NCBI GenBank assembly: GCA_004431415.1
Contig: QPMI01000513.1
Span: 1-64,000, forward strand
Origin: Cyanophora paradoxa CCMP329
Taxonomy: Eukaryota; Plantae; Glaucophyta
Length of the DNA stretch: 64,000 nt
Direction of reading: 5' to 3'
The notes beneath the pieces were generated by a model, which saw only the letters and a program-made list of their open reading frames with translations, made no database searches and was not told the DNA's origin. The position numbers and the translations under genes were made by a program. Of the stretch, positions 42,038-53,197 are shown in pieces. How positions within the stretch are numbered: position 1 is the first letter of the stretch; every line of letters begins with the position of its first letter.

Positions 42038-42964
42038 TTAGTAGAAATTCATTTCGGGCGGTGCGTCGTAGGTTTCGATCTCAAAAGTGAAATAATGCGC
42101 CCAAACCCCGAAATCTAAGAGAGCGCCATCATGGTCGATGAGTTTAATCGTCAAGCGGTCGAACGATTTTAATTCGCGGAATTCTCGAATGAGAGGCACC
42201 GTAGTGGACGTGTCGAAGTGGTAGATATCACCATGTTCGAGTTCCTGTGGGATTGGAATGCGCATGAAATAACCATCGACGTGCTTGTTGACTGAGCGAA
42301 TAAACGGCGCAAATTCGTCAATATATAGCCAGATCATCGCCGCCGGGGTCTCATCTCCACGAGTATAGCCGCGAATGCGCCGATTGAGTGTCACAGTTCC
42401 CGTCCCAGGATTGAATACAAGGAATGTATCGCTTGCAAAAGGGGTAAATGTCTCGTAAACATATAGTTGAATTTCTTTGAAACCGAATATTGCGAGTTTC
42501 TTAGCGATTGCTTTGCGGTTACTGGATTTTCTGAGTGTGGCTTCGGAAGCCTGAGAGAACTTGAACCAAAAGTTACTATCACTGAAAAACTCATAGATCT
42601 TTGAAGTAGTATTATAGCGGCATTTAATATATTTTCCACCGAAATCTGAAAGGCGAGCTGCTTCGAGTCTTTCTGTGACTTTTGCGGCAAGGTCGTCTTT
42701 GGTGTAAAATCCTTTGGGAATTGTGATGGTCACGAATCCGGAATCCGAAGCTGTGACCGAGAAATAGAGTTCCATGCGCTCGATGGTTGCACCAGTGGCG
42801 TCTATATCGTTTGTCACGGTCGAAAGAACATTGGGAACCGTTGCCTGCACCAGGCGCACCGATTTTACGTTGTCATAGCGACGGGGTAATGTCACTACAT
42901 ACTGGTTTGGCTGAGTAAACTCCTCATCGCGATCATCGCTCGAAAAGCTCAGGTATTCTTTCAT
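42038..42964 (-). CDS. Minor capsid (penton) protein 1
   Basis: SFSSDDRD...YVVTLPRRYDNVKSVRL...VPN, IPKGFY, LYIDEF, LTIKLIDHDG...FTFEIE. Confidence 0.8.
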   Translation of the reverse strand: MKEYLSFSSDDRDEEFTQPNQYVVTLPRRYDNVKSVRLVQATVPNVLSTVTNDIDATGATIERMELYFSVTASDSGFVTITIPKGFYTKDDLAAKVTERLEAARLSDFGGKYIKCRYNTTSKIYEFFSDSNFWFKFSQASEATLRKSSNRKAIAKKLAIFGFKEIQLYVYETFTPFASDTFLVFNPGTGTVTLNRRIRGYTRGDETPAAMIWLYIDEFAPFIRSVNKHVDGYFMRIPIPQELEHGDIYHFDTSTTVPLIREFRELKSFDRLTIKLIDHDGALLDFGVWAHYFTFEIETYDAPPEMNFY

Positions 42965-42980
42965 CTTACTATAATAGATT

Positions 42981-43826
42981 ATGAAAAGAATAACAATAAA
43001 TTGCGACAGTAGAGACCTTGAAAACGGCGTGCTGCATTTGAAAACGCGCCTTAATAATGTTCGACGATTTCGTGTGCTATCCGCTGAGATTCCAAATAGC
43101 TCTTATGTTGTTCCGCCCGATCAGACAATAACTATAACGCTTCTAAACGAAGAGCCCACAGTAATCCCCGCATCCAAAATGATAGCACCGATTCCCAGCG
43201 TAAACGATTATTATTACGTCGATGCTGATAACGAACGATACCCAAAAGAGAGAGCTCTAAACAGTGATGCTTTACTTGGATTTGCGGGCGGTTCTTTTGA
43301 TCCGCTCGGTCTCTTCCCGGTTTCCTATTCTCTCGCTCTGTCTACGAACCGCTTCGTGTTCTCATCTCCGAATAGCCCTTTTACATTAGAGTCCTCAGAC
43401 CAGGAGTTCTGTGACTGTCTCGGCATAGAACCCGGAGTGGTTTACGCCAGCACACCAGAACCAGTGCCGGTTCCACTCAGAGATTACCCCAGTCGCTACG
43501 CGATTATATGCCCGAAAATGGTCGACTTTAATGCAATTCCATATATTTACCTTGATATCGAAGAGCTCCGCCCGTTTACCAAATTCGCAGCGGTTACTGG
43601 GAGACAGAACAATTTCGACGACTCCTATCTATTGCGAATTCAGATGAACTCGGACTTTGGTAGATATTCCTTTTACCACGAACCGAGCGCAAGCATCCCT
43701 TTCGTAAATGTCACATCGCAACTCGATTTAGATCGTCTCACAATTTCGCTTCGAAAATGGCGGGGATCTGTTGCAGATATAAACGGTCTCTCATACTCGT
43801 TCCAGCTCGAAGTGATCACCGATTAA
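42981..43826 (+). CDS. Minor capsid (penton) protein 2
   Basis: INCDSRD...NVRRFRVLSAEIPNS, YIYLDIEEL, LTISLR...DING..YSFQLEV. Confidence 0.8.
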   Translation: MKRITINCDSRDLENGVLHLKTRLNNVRRFRVLSAEIPNSSYVVPPDQTITITLLNEEPTVIPASKMIAPIPSVNDYYYVDADNERYPKERALNSDALLGFAGGSFDPLGLFPVSYSLALSTNRFVFSSPNSPFTLESSDQEFCDCLGIEPGVVYASTPEPVPVPLRDYPSRYAIICPKMVDFNAIPYIYLDIEELRPFTKFAAVTGRQNNFDDSYLLRIQMNSDFGRYSFYHEPSASIPFVNVTSQLDLDRLTISLRKWRGSVADINGLSYSFQLEVITD

Positions 43827-43832
43827 GCGCTG

Positions 43833-45326
43833 TCACACGTAGTAGCCCTCGAAATCTATTCGGCATGCCGAAGCTACATTCGTAGTAAGCACCCAGATTA
43901 CGAGGGTTCTCACAGATCTCGGGTTCGCTAAGAAATGTTCGTCGGGTTCTACACTTCCGGCTATTTGATTTGCATTGGTAAACACTCTCGTCGCGCCGGC
44001 TTCTGTGTATGTGACAAGCGCCGAAACTCCCGGAGTTAATTGGTAATCGATTTCAAACGTTTTAATGTAGTTTCCATTTGCAGCCGGCTTCATTTTTATA
44101 GAGGAAAGCATAAACAGACGCGGAAAATCAATGCGTAAATAATTGCCTCCCGACCTACTACCTTGCGGCGGGTTGGTAAATCCCACCCACCCCGTAGCAT
44201 TTGACCAGCGGGCATCAGAAGCTGTGCCAAATTCCGCAATAAAGGCGCTATTATCGAGCGGCACCCAGTTAGACTCCGGGGGTGCGCTTACATCTGTGCA
44301 CCCGGACAGATTAATTATGGGAACATCGCCCTCTGAGATATTCATCGTCAGCACTGAATACATCGCATTAAAATACGTTTGCTGTGCGGAAACAAAGGCG
44401 AGCGCTTCCGTTTCCAAATATTGCAGGTGCGTCGTTGTGGTTGTATCGAGGGTCATTTTATCTTTCGGTAAAGGAACGCTCAGCTTATAGTAGCGATCGT
44501 AATTCTGATCATCGTTTCTGGGTAAAAGTTCCAGTAGCTTTACGTGGGCGTTTAGATCGCTCGACTCTAAGAACATGCTGAGAATTGGCGATCCTGTGGC
44601 GCTTAGCATCCATTGCACGATCCCCCAATTTTTCATGGTGTCATACGAATATCCCGCGGTTGCTTTATCGGCGTCTTGGACGTGACCCGCCGTAATCGAG
44701 ACCACGATAAGCTCCTCCTCGCAAGAGTTTCCGAATAAAGTGCGGGCAAATGTGTAGCCGCAAACCCCGGGCGAATTATTTCCACTCATGCAACCATCGA
44801 TTAAACAATATGTTCTTCCGGCGACTGTGACTTGTTTCGGCTCGAAATAGGTCGGAGCAGCCGAGGTAGCCCTTGCAGCATCGCGCACAAGCATCCCATT
44901 AATATCTTCATCGTTGCTTGAAATAAAAACGGGGGACATTAAGACCGTGTCGAACGCAGTTACTATGGTGGGTTTGTAGAGATCCGCCATGGTCGCTGAG
45001 CCGCAGAGTTCCAGAGCCACAGCTTCTAAGTTAGTTGCTTCGTACTTTGGGCGCTGTACAATCGATGTAAGCACTCGTGGATTCGCGAAAATCAGCGGTA
45101 GTTTCGCTTTGTAGAGCGCGAGAATATCAGTGGCAGTATATTTAGGGGCGCCATCGGTTCCCTTGATATTCAATAGGAGCGCGATTAATCCACCTGTGGA
45201 TGTTCCCGCAAAGCAGTCGAATAGCTGTTGGATTCGTTTACCGGTTTGGGCTTCAATCTGTGCCAGTATAGCAGCCTCGATTATTCCACGCGACCCTCCA
45301 CCACTCAGACATAAAACGGTCTTCAT
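43833..45326 (-). CDS. Patatin-like phospholipase fused to F5/8 type C (discoidin) domain
   Basis: LSGGGSRG, GTSTG, ATSAAPTYF, IDGC; C-terminal YLRIDF...YIKTFEIDY...CRIDFEG. Confidence 0.88.
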   Translation of the reverse strand: MKTVLCLSGGGSRGIIEAAILAQIEAQTGKRIQQLFDCFAGTSTGGLIALLLNIKGTDGAPKYTATDILALYKAKLPLIFANPRVLTSIVQRPKYEATNLEAVALELCGSATMADLYKPTIVTAFDTVLMSPVFISSNDEDINGMLVRDAARATSAAPTYFEPKQVTVAGRTYCLIDGCMSGNNSPGVCGYTFARTLFGNSCEEELIVVSITAGHVQDADKATAGYSYDTMKNWGIVQWMLSATGSPILSMFLESSDLNAHVKLLELLPRNDDQNYDRYYKLSVPLPKDKMTLDTTTTTHLQYLETEALAFVSAQQTYFNAMYSVLTMNISEGDVPIINLSGCTDVSAPPESNWVPLDNSAFIAEFGTASDARWSNATGWVGFTNPPQGSRSGGNYLRIDFPRLFMLSSIKMKPAANGNYIKTFEIDYQLTPGVSALVTYTEAGATRVFTNANQIAGSVEPDEHFLANPRSVRTLVIWVLTTNVASACRIDFEGYYV

Positions 45327-45369
45327 TATCTTATATACTTCTTATATATCTTCTTTGTTTATAAAGAGG

Positions 45370-48300
45370 ATGTCGTTCCTGAATCCGCGACCAGACGCAC
45401 GAGTTATTAATTCGACCACTCAGATAGAGGACACTGATCAGGTAAACACTGAAATTCGCGGGTCTCTGAAAATAAACTTCAATGCAGACCGCGAAGATCC
45501 AGTCAGTGGAACACCGAGCAGACCCGCAGCTTTGCAGTTAATGAACGTCGAGAAAGGGGATCATAAACTTGGAATCGACTTTTTACTTGATGATAACGAA
45601 CGAAACAGAGTCGCCAGCATTCAGGCAACCCGCCAGCTACCGAAAACGGTGCGATATAATCGTAGGAACATCCCGAAAGCATTCGATAGAGGTCGCTTAA
45701 ACTTCTTCATTCAAGATGAGAGCGGTTTCCAAAATGCAGCTATGAGAATCGTGGATAATAGCACACTTATAGCGGGAGTATCCACACGGAAAACAAAGGT
45801 AGAGGTCGTCCATGATCTCTCAGCAGGTAATCTAACGACGAGTAACATTACAGCAAGTAACATCACTACGGATACCCTAAATGTAAACTCGCTTAACTCC
45901 GAGTCGTTTTTCGCCACCAATGTCGCAACCTGTAACCTAAACATCGAATCCTTTGTGATTCAGAAGAGCGAATCGGTTCCCCAGATAACAGAGGGTGTTT
46001 TCACATTAGACCCCGCGAAACCGACCTTAGAAATTGTCGAAAATGGGAACGTTGTGGATATAATTGGCGCCAATGCTCCGAATGTGAGATCCTTAGCACT
46101 TGATAAAACGACTATATCATTTGCAGAGGAGATTCCGGCTTTTACCACAGAGAAACAGGCACTGAGAACAGATCATGTTTACATTACCAGAGACAATATA
46201 AACGATCTTTTAGGCAAGGACATCGTAAAGGCGTTTTTGGAGTTCGAGAGGAGCAAGAACACCAAAGATTCCAGCCAGGATGGAACCCTCACGACCCACA
46301 CTACTGAAATCGCGGCTTTGCAATCCGAAATTAATGCTCTGTTTGCAGCAGATGGAGCGCTTGCAATTACCTTAGCCCATATTCTATCGAAAAGGAACAT
46401 TTACCCCGCGACTGATAACACATACCGGGTTGGTTTATCGAATCTGAGATGGTCAGAGGTGCATGGAGTTTCCATGTTTGCCTCCAATTTAATCCTTCCA
46501 TTTAATCACTCACTCCGACCCAATCAGATTCTCACCAGTGATAATGCACTGATCAGCTACACTGACTTTAATAGTAACCTTTCCCGCTCGGTTTCGCAAA
46601 CTGAGACCTACACTGTCGAGGGATACCCTCAGCAGCTCGCAAATGGGGTCTATGTCGCTTATGTAGGCAAACCTACATATACATTCACTTGGGATCAGTT
46701 GGGTGTCACAGGTTTCGAGACGAATATACCCACTGTTTCATTGGTGGATCACACTACTTATTATAATCCTATCTATAACAATAATGAATCTAATAAAGCA
46801 TTTATCCAAAATGTCACCTCCACAGGGTTTCAGGTTTCGTTTGTCATTAACGAGACATACAATTTACTTATCATCCGAAACAACTCATTGAGTTCCGAAG
46901 CTACTATAAGTTTCACTCTTAACATCAATTATATCACCCCTGAATTCGATAGCGAACCCAGAGTAAAGGTTTACCGAGATTTACAAGGTAGCAATATCGT
47001 GCCCTTCTCACAGAATTTCGATCTTGGTGCGAATTCTTTAAGGTGGAACACAGTTTATTCTTTGAGTGCAAACACCTGTAATATTGTAGTCGCAGGTTCA
47101 TCGGCTACTATTGGAGATCTGACCGCGCCTTTTAGAAAGGAGTATCTTAAAGAGCTGTATATAACAAAGTCTGATTTACCAGATGCTATTTCGTTGGTAC
47201 TCTCCCCCACTCCCAGCATATCCTACCACAATGTGAAAGACACAAGTAATGTAGTGCAGAGTGGAAGCAAAGTATTCCAGGCATCCGAGATATCAGCAAC
47301 AACATATAGATATCTTGCAGGGGTTCCAGCGAATTTTAATTTTACATTTGAGACACCATTTGTCTCTCCTCCTACTATTGAAATAACTGACACGAATTTG
47401 TATGTGGTCAATGATGGGTCAGCTACATCACTTCAAAATGCACCAGCCGGCTACTCCCCGTTTGTTGCAACTAACATAACAACCACCGGCTTCACACTTG
47501 TCGGAAATGCAACAGTGACATATGCTCTGTCAGGGTATCCTGTTGGGTTGTATTTTTCGAAATTTAATCTCTCTGTTATCCCAGCAGTGTCCCTTGCTCC
47601 TCCCTTTACTATCAGTTGGAAGGCAACAGGAACTATTCCGCGATTTGACCCCGAAGATCGATTAAAAATACGGTATCCTCTCGATGTTACCGACATTCAT
47701 ACTACGAGAATAAATGGGCAGAATTTCGTATTTAATGGAACCAATGCGACTCTGATCGATAATCGAGTTACAAATAATTACTTTTTCGATTCTCGATATA
47801 TTAATACTTGCAACATTGTCATACAGAACACGTTTGAGAATCGCAGTAAGACCTTAACAGTCACCTTGCCCACTCACTCGAATGTCTCAGATGGATTTCA
47901 CTATTACCTGTTCAATCGCAATTACACCTCTTATATTCCATATCCTTCTGAGACTGTGAACATGAGCTATCCCAGAGTCACCTTAACATCGACCAATGCT
48001 GACTTCTTTGGATCCACAGACTTCATGAGAGACTTCTTTTATTTTACATCCTCCACAGATGGTCTCTTAGTTTATTACTCTTACAAATATGAGTCAATTG
48101 CTACCCAAATCGAAAGCCACCCAAACACTGATGTGATCACAGCAGGCGATAAGAAATATATAAAAACCGCTTCCCCATGGGTGTGCACTGTCCGGCTTGA
48201 TGACAGATACACTCCTAACCTAAATAACATTGGATTGCACTCGACATGCAATATTTATGTGCAAGGTGCGATTTCGGCTACCAAATATTTTGAGGGTGGA

Positions 48301-48942
48301 AATTGTGATACAGGACATAGGTTGCTATCGCGAAATGGACTCTTTGAGTCATTCAGTGGGACGGCTCTACCGCCCTTTATCAGGGACACAGTCTATGATA
48401 CCACATGCAATATTTGGGTGTGTCGATCTGTGAGCAATCCACCTGTGACACAGGAATTATACAAGTATCTCGCAGATACCTATGGTGCAATCTCAGGATC
48501 CTCCACAGGAAATCCAGCGACGGCTCCCATCGTGTTTGCGAATGCATACACAGCGCCAACATCATTAGCAGGGTCGACAGAGCCGCCACCAAATGATCCA
48601 AATCCGAACCAGCCTAACCCAGATCCCGATTCACAAGATCCCCCTACAACTAATCCAGATCCAAACACACCACCTAATAATCCCACGAATCCTACAAATC
48701 CAGTCGGGGCACCGGGAACAGATCCAGGAACGTTAGTGCTTATGATTCTCTTGCCGATTCTCGGTGCTCTTGGGCTTGTGCTTGCATACAAATTCCGAGC
48801 TTTGTGTTGTGCATGCATAGACAGAACCATTGCAGGAGCAGGTAATAAATACTCCACACCAGAGCTTAATGTGACCCAAACAGCCGAAGGAGATGTGGGC
48901 TTAGAGGTGAGATCAGCCGAGGGCATGGTCTTAGTGTTGTGA
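45370..48942 (+). CDS. Large fibre-like structural protein with Pro/Asn linker and C-terminal TM helix
   Basis: Start MSFLNPRP. Repeated P....(Y/F).(V/L)G...LRW..V modules, T.TGF lectin-like units, PNPNQPNPDP linker and LVLMILLPILGALGLVLAY. May extend to 49093 through a frameshift. Confidence 0.7.
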   Translation: MSFLNPRPDARVINSTTQIEDTDQVNTEIRGSLKINFNADREDPVSGTPSRPAALQLMNVEKGDHKLGIDFLLDDNERNRVASIQATRQLPKTVRYNRRNIPKAFDRGRLNFFIQDESGFQNAAMRIVDNSTLIAGVSTRKTKVEVVHDLSAGNLTTSNITASNITTDTLNVNSLNSESFFATNVATCNLNIESFVIQKSESVPQITEGVFTLDPAKPTLEIVENGNVVDIIGANAPNVRSLALDKTTISFAEEIPAFTTEKQALRTDHVYITRDNINDLLGKDIVKAFLEFERSKNTKDSSQDGTLTTHTTEIAALQSEINALFAADGALAITLAHILSKRNIYPATDNTYRVGLSNLRWSEVHGVSMFASNLILPFNHSLRPNQILTSDNALISYTDFNSNLSRSVSQTETYTVEGYPQQLANGVYVAYVGKPTYTFTWDQLGVTGFETNIPTVSLVDHTTYYNPIYNNNESNKAFIQNVTSTGFQVSFVINETYNLLIIRNNSLSSEATISFTLNINYITPEFDSEPRVKVYRDLQGSNIVPFSQNFDLGANSLRWNTVYSLSANTCNIVVAGSSATIGDLTAPFRKEYLKELYITKSDLPDAISLVLSPTPSISYHNVKDTSNVVQSGSKVFQASEISATTYRYLAGVPANFNFTFETPFVSPPTIEITDTNLYVVNDGSATSLQNAPAGYSPFVATNITTTGFTLVGNATVTYALSGYPVGLYFSKFNLSVIPAVSLAPPFTISWKATGTIPRFDPEDRLKIRYPLDVTDIHTTRINGQNFVFNGTNATLIDNRVTNNYFFDSRYINTCNIVIQNTFENRSKTLTVTLPTHSNVSDGFHYYLFNRNYTSYIPYPSETVNMSYPRVTLTSTNADFFGSTDFMRDFFYFTSSTDGLLVYYSYKYESIATQIESHPNTDVITAGDKKYIKTASPWVCTVRLDDRYTPNLNNIGLHSTCNIYVQGAISATKYFEGGNCDTGHRLLSRNGLFESFSGTALPPFIRDTVYDTTCNIWVCRSVSNPPVTQELYKYLADTYGAISGSSTGNPATAPIVFANAYTAPTSLAGSTEPPPNDPNPNQPNPDPDSQDPPTTNPDPNTPPNNPTNPTNPVGAPGTDPGTLVLMILLPILGALGLVLAYKFRALCCACIDRTIAGAGNKYSTPELNVTQTAEGDVGLEVRSAEGMVLVL

Positions 48943-49130
48943 GGACTGACCGACCACCAGCAAATAGGGCAGCACCCAAAAAATCACGAGCACAAGAATT
49001 GGCAGAGCAAACGATGAACAATGATAGAGACTTTATGGCGGAAATGGCACAGCGAGAAGGGAGAATATATGAACATGTTCCAAACGTTATGTAACAACCT
49101 TAATTTTGTAGTATTCCATAATAGAGTATA

Positions 49131-52100
49131 ATGACTGAACCCATAGTAGAAACGACAATAAAGAATGCGGTATTGGATAATAATTTTATATAACCCATGC
49201 CAATATACCCAGTGAATCCAATGACCTGATAGTAGATCTAAAAGGGTATGTGATGGGAGCTATGGCTTCCAACCTGTGGAATGACATTTTTGGTTACGAG
49301 TTTGGTCACATATATGACATAGCAAATGGGATTGGCTATGTGGATGCAATGGCGGGAACAGTCTTTCGAAATCTAAATTGCAACTGTGTGGGTGGGTGGA
49401 TGTTTCAGATCTGTTCAAACGTCGATCCTACTATTGATCCAGCTACTGTGACCTTTGATTGCAATCTATTCGCCCCTAAAACCATTTTCTCCATCACTTG
49501 CAATCTCGTTAATTCGGATGTGCCCATAATAGCACCTGTAATAGGTGCATCAAATATGTATATCCAAAGAAACCCGGTCGTGCATACAGGTGCCGAATTT
49601 ATATTGGGCGACAACACCCCAATTAGTCGAATCGAACTACCCAATTCTCACAAGCATTTGTGGGAACATATCACCAATGCCCCATTAACCTATCCACCCA
49701 GTTCTCACGAGCATTTGTGGGAGCATATCACCAATCGACCATTAACCTTCCCACCTGATCCACACACTCATGATTACTTGTCTCTCAAAGGTGGTGTTAT
49801 TTCATCTAATCTTACAATTGCATCAAACCTTACAGTTACAAGTAATATTTATAGCAGTAACATTTATGCAAGTAACATTTACAGCAGTAACCTATGGGCA
49901 AGTAATATTAATGGAAGTAATGTAATAGTCGATTATCTCACTGTGAAGATTGAAGCAAACCTACCAAATCACCCGACATCGAATGTTGTTTTAGATTGGT
50001 TAGCAAAGCAAAAACACACAAAAGCAGATATTACAGATTTCGCCCATAAGCATTTATGGGAAGATATCACAAATCCCCCATCGACCTTCCCACCGGGAAA
50101 ACACACTCATGATTATTCAGAGATTACCAATAGTAACCACAGGCACCCATGGGAGGAAATAGATGAGCAGCCAGTTTTTGCGCAATTGAATGCAATCGGA
50201 AATGTTTTTAATGGGGTCACACTTTACCAATCGATTAATACACCTGAAAGGCTATTTTTGAATGATCATTATGTTAGTCTGAATGGGTCGTTTACAGGTG
50301 AAACAGGCACACCGATGGTGGGAACTCTTGCTGTAAGATTACCCAGGGATCCAATCGTAAACGGAGTGTATAGTGGCGATTTCAATGTAGGAGTAAATGA
50401 TACTTTCCCCAGTATCTATGTTACGAATTATCACCCAGGAGAAATAGGACAAGAAGCGGATTTTTCAGCAGCAATTCAAGTAAATGTAACGGATCAAAGC
50501 GCATATGATGGAGCAAGACCTAAGATTGTGTTCACAAGGGAGAAAGTTGTAAACTATCTTCCTGTTGTGGGACAACCCACAGATGATCACGGAAAATGCG
50601 AGATTGCATGGATTAAAACAACAACAGGTGGCGCCTTAGAAGTCAATCAGAGAATGGCGGCGAAAAACTTACACAATACAACCCTTTCAGGTGTGGTAAC
50701 AGATGATTACCTCCAAAGCAAAAACTATGTAGATGATACAGAACTTGCAGCAATTCTTGAAGATTATGTTACAGATACCGAATTAACGTCGGCTCTTGGG
50801 AATTATCTACCTCTTACAGGTGGGACTCTTACAGGTGATGTGCACGCCCCGAATTTCTTTGTCGACACTCCACATGATCAAACATTTCCTGTTGTCCACC
50901 TTGGTGCTGAATATGTATTAGATCCAAACACTCCAATAAGTCGACTCGAATTACCCAATGTTCACAAGCATTTTTGGGAGCATATTGTTAATCCCCCATC
51001 GACCTATCCACCTGATTCACACGATCATGATTATTTACCACTAACAGGTGGAACTGTGGCAGGTGATGTGCATGCTTCTAATTTCTTTGTTACTACTCCG
51101 AATGATCAAACATTTCCTGTTGTCCACCTTGGTGCTGAATATGTATTAGATCCAAACACCCCAATCAGCCGCCTCGAATTACCCACGAATTTCACCTTTA
51201 ATCTCGTGGATGAGTTCCCTAACAGTCAAAGTCTCATGTATTTCACCTCTGAAAATCGCCTTTCGGGTGCATTCTCACCAATTGAGCTGTCTATACCAAA
51301 GCAAAAGGTGAGCTACAAGGAGCTTACAGATGTGCCGACGGGATTCAGTGGGAAGTGGAGTGATATCATTCAGAAGCCGACTTGGAGTAGTGTAGCATAC
51401 ACAGGAAATTACTATGATCTTGTAAATCCTCCCGATTTCACAAGCTATATACCTCGTTGGATTGATCAAGGTGTAATTATATCAGAATCTACACTTCCTT
51501 TCAATGGGACATGGGATAGGTTATTTACTAAGCCGAATTTGCATGCTGTTGCCACAAGTGGAAATTATGATGATCTGATAAACACTCCAAACCTACATGC
51601 TGTGGCTACAAGTGGAAATTATGATGATCTGATAAACACACCAAACCTACATGCTGTGGCTACAAGTGGAAATTATGATGATCTGATAAACACACCAAAC
51701 CTACATGCTGTGGCTACAAGTGGAAATTATGATGATCTGATAAACACACCTACTTCGCCACCTACTCACAATCACAGCATCGAGTTGCTCACGAATTTCG
51801 GTAGCTATGTAAATGCAAATGCATATGTGCAACAGGGGACAGCGGATGTAGTTATACCTAATCAAGTTTATACAGTAGGGCAAGTGTTTACAGCATCAGG
51901 AACCGTTACGTTTTCTACCCCATATTATAGTGATCCAATAGTTAATGCTACTCTCGAAAACAGTATTATTTTAACGAGTGTCGATTTCACCAATAGCATA
52001 TATATCTCCGCTGAATTTGTGAGTGGGAACCGTGTTGGTTTCAAAAATAAATTCACCTGGATTGCTATATTTACTTGTTATTCGGCGATCAATTATACGA

Positions 52101-52180
52101 ATGTGCCACAAAACGAAAGAACGCTTAAACTCCATTGGATTGCTGTCGGACCTCTCCAAAACAATAATATTCTCACGTAA
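49131..52180 (+). CDS. Large fibre protein with His-rich repeats (frameshift near 49185)
   Basis: ATG at 49131 joins the 49250 ORF through a T-run. Contains HKHLWEHITN.P.T.PP repeats, YLPLTGGT, VATSGNYDDL repeats and C-terminal LHWIAVG. Confidence 0.78.
51533..51750 (+). repeat. Four tandem 54-bp units (PNLHAVATSGNYDDLINT)
   Basis: Units start at 51533, 51587, 51641 and 51695. Confidence 0.92.
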
Positions 52181-52200
52181 TAATAAAGAACAATCAAAAG

Positions 52201-53163
52201 ATGTCGACTGTGTTCACGCCTGTGTTTTCCTTATCAGCCAGTGCTGTCCATAACGTGCAACACACTGTATATGATCTAAACGAGTCATTCCCTTCGACTG
52301 AGACAGCGAAAACCGATTCTTTTAATGAAAACACGATACTCAGAGTCAAAGAACTCAGAGCCGACAAGGCCGGTGGAATCGTTAAAGCTACTGAACTGAT
52401 CGTATCGAATCGACCCGCAATATCTTCGGGGCTGGTCACCAAAGATAATCTATATGAAGGTCAAGCGGATTATAAAACAGCTTTCGATCCGGCTGATAGG
52501 AAATCAGCGGCTTTTCAAGTTTACAGTGGCGGGGCATGGATCGGGACTGGACTGAGTGTGAATGGGAATGCGACGATTACTGGAAGCCTTACGGCTGGAT
52601 CATTTGGGACAGTTAAAACGACCACTATTGATTCTGGGGCGAACTCTGATTTGTTGATTAAACGAAATGGAGTTGCAATGGCGACAGTAACTTCAACAGG
52701 TTTGACAGTCAATAGTGGAACAAATATGGGTTATCTTTCTCTTCCAAATCATCCAAGTTTCATGGTTTATGGAGTTGCCTATTCAACAGGTAGCACAGCA
52801 ACTACCTCATATGTCAACTATCCTACTGTGGCTTTTAATATTGGAAACAATTTCAGTGTAGCTTCTGGTGCAACCCCCGCAAGGTTTACAGCTCCTGTAA
52901 GCGGAATCTATCTATTTAAGTTTTCAGTTTATCCATCAACACCTGCTGGAACGTGGGCTATGTTCTTTCGTGTAAATGGAAGCACAAACTATTACAATCA
53001 GTCCATTCAGAATCAAGGCACCCTTGCTCATATGGAAGCGGTGCTTATGATAAAACTGAATGCAACAGATTACGTATCACCATTCCTAGGACATACAACA
53101 GGTGTTACGCAATTGACATATGATTTTAACTGTTTCCAAGGTGTTCTTCTTCATGCTACCTAA
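52201..53163 (+). CDS. Fibre protein with C-terminal C1q/TNF-like head
   Basis: PSFMVY...FNIGNNFS...RFTAPVSGIYLF...LNATDYV...FQGVLL. N-terminus homologous to 23740-24942. Confidence 0.82.
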   Translation: MSTVFTPVFSLSASAVHNVQHTVYDLNESFPSTETAKTDSFNENTILRVKELRADKAGGIVKATELIVSNRPAISSGLVTKDNLYEGQADYKTAFDPADRKSAAFQVYSGGAWIGTGLSVNGNATITGSLTAGSFGTVKTTTIDSGANSDLLIKRNGVAMATVTSTGLTVNSGTNMGYLSLPNHPSFMVYGVAYSTGSTATTSYVNYPTVAFNIGNNFSVASGATPARFTAPVSGIYLFKFSVYPSTPAGTWAMFFRVNGSTNYYNQSIQNQGTLAHMEAVLMIKLNATDYVSPFLGHTTGVTQLTYDFNCFQGVLLHAT

Positions 53164-53197
53164 AAATTTAATCTCCTGTTCATTTAAAAGCCAAACA

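Noticed and set aside
45130-45369. N-terminal extension of the 1270-aa ORF (likewise extensions of the RuvC and both ATPase ORFs)
   Set aside because: Overlaps neighbouring genes; downstream ATGs are better starts.
50800-51190. Near-identical repeats in a fibre gene as a DGR template/variable pair
   Set aside because: Both copies are in-frame coding, differences are not adenine-specific, and there is no reverse transcriptase.
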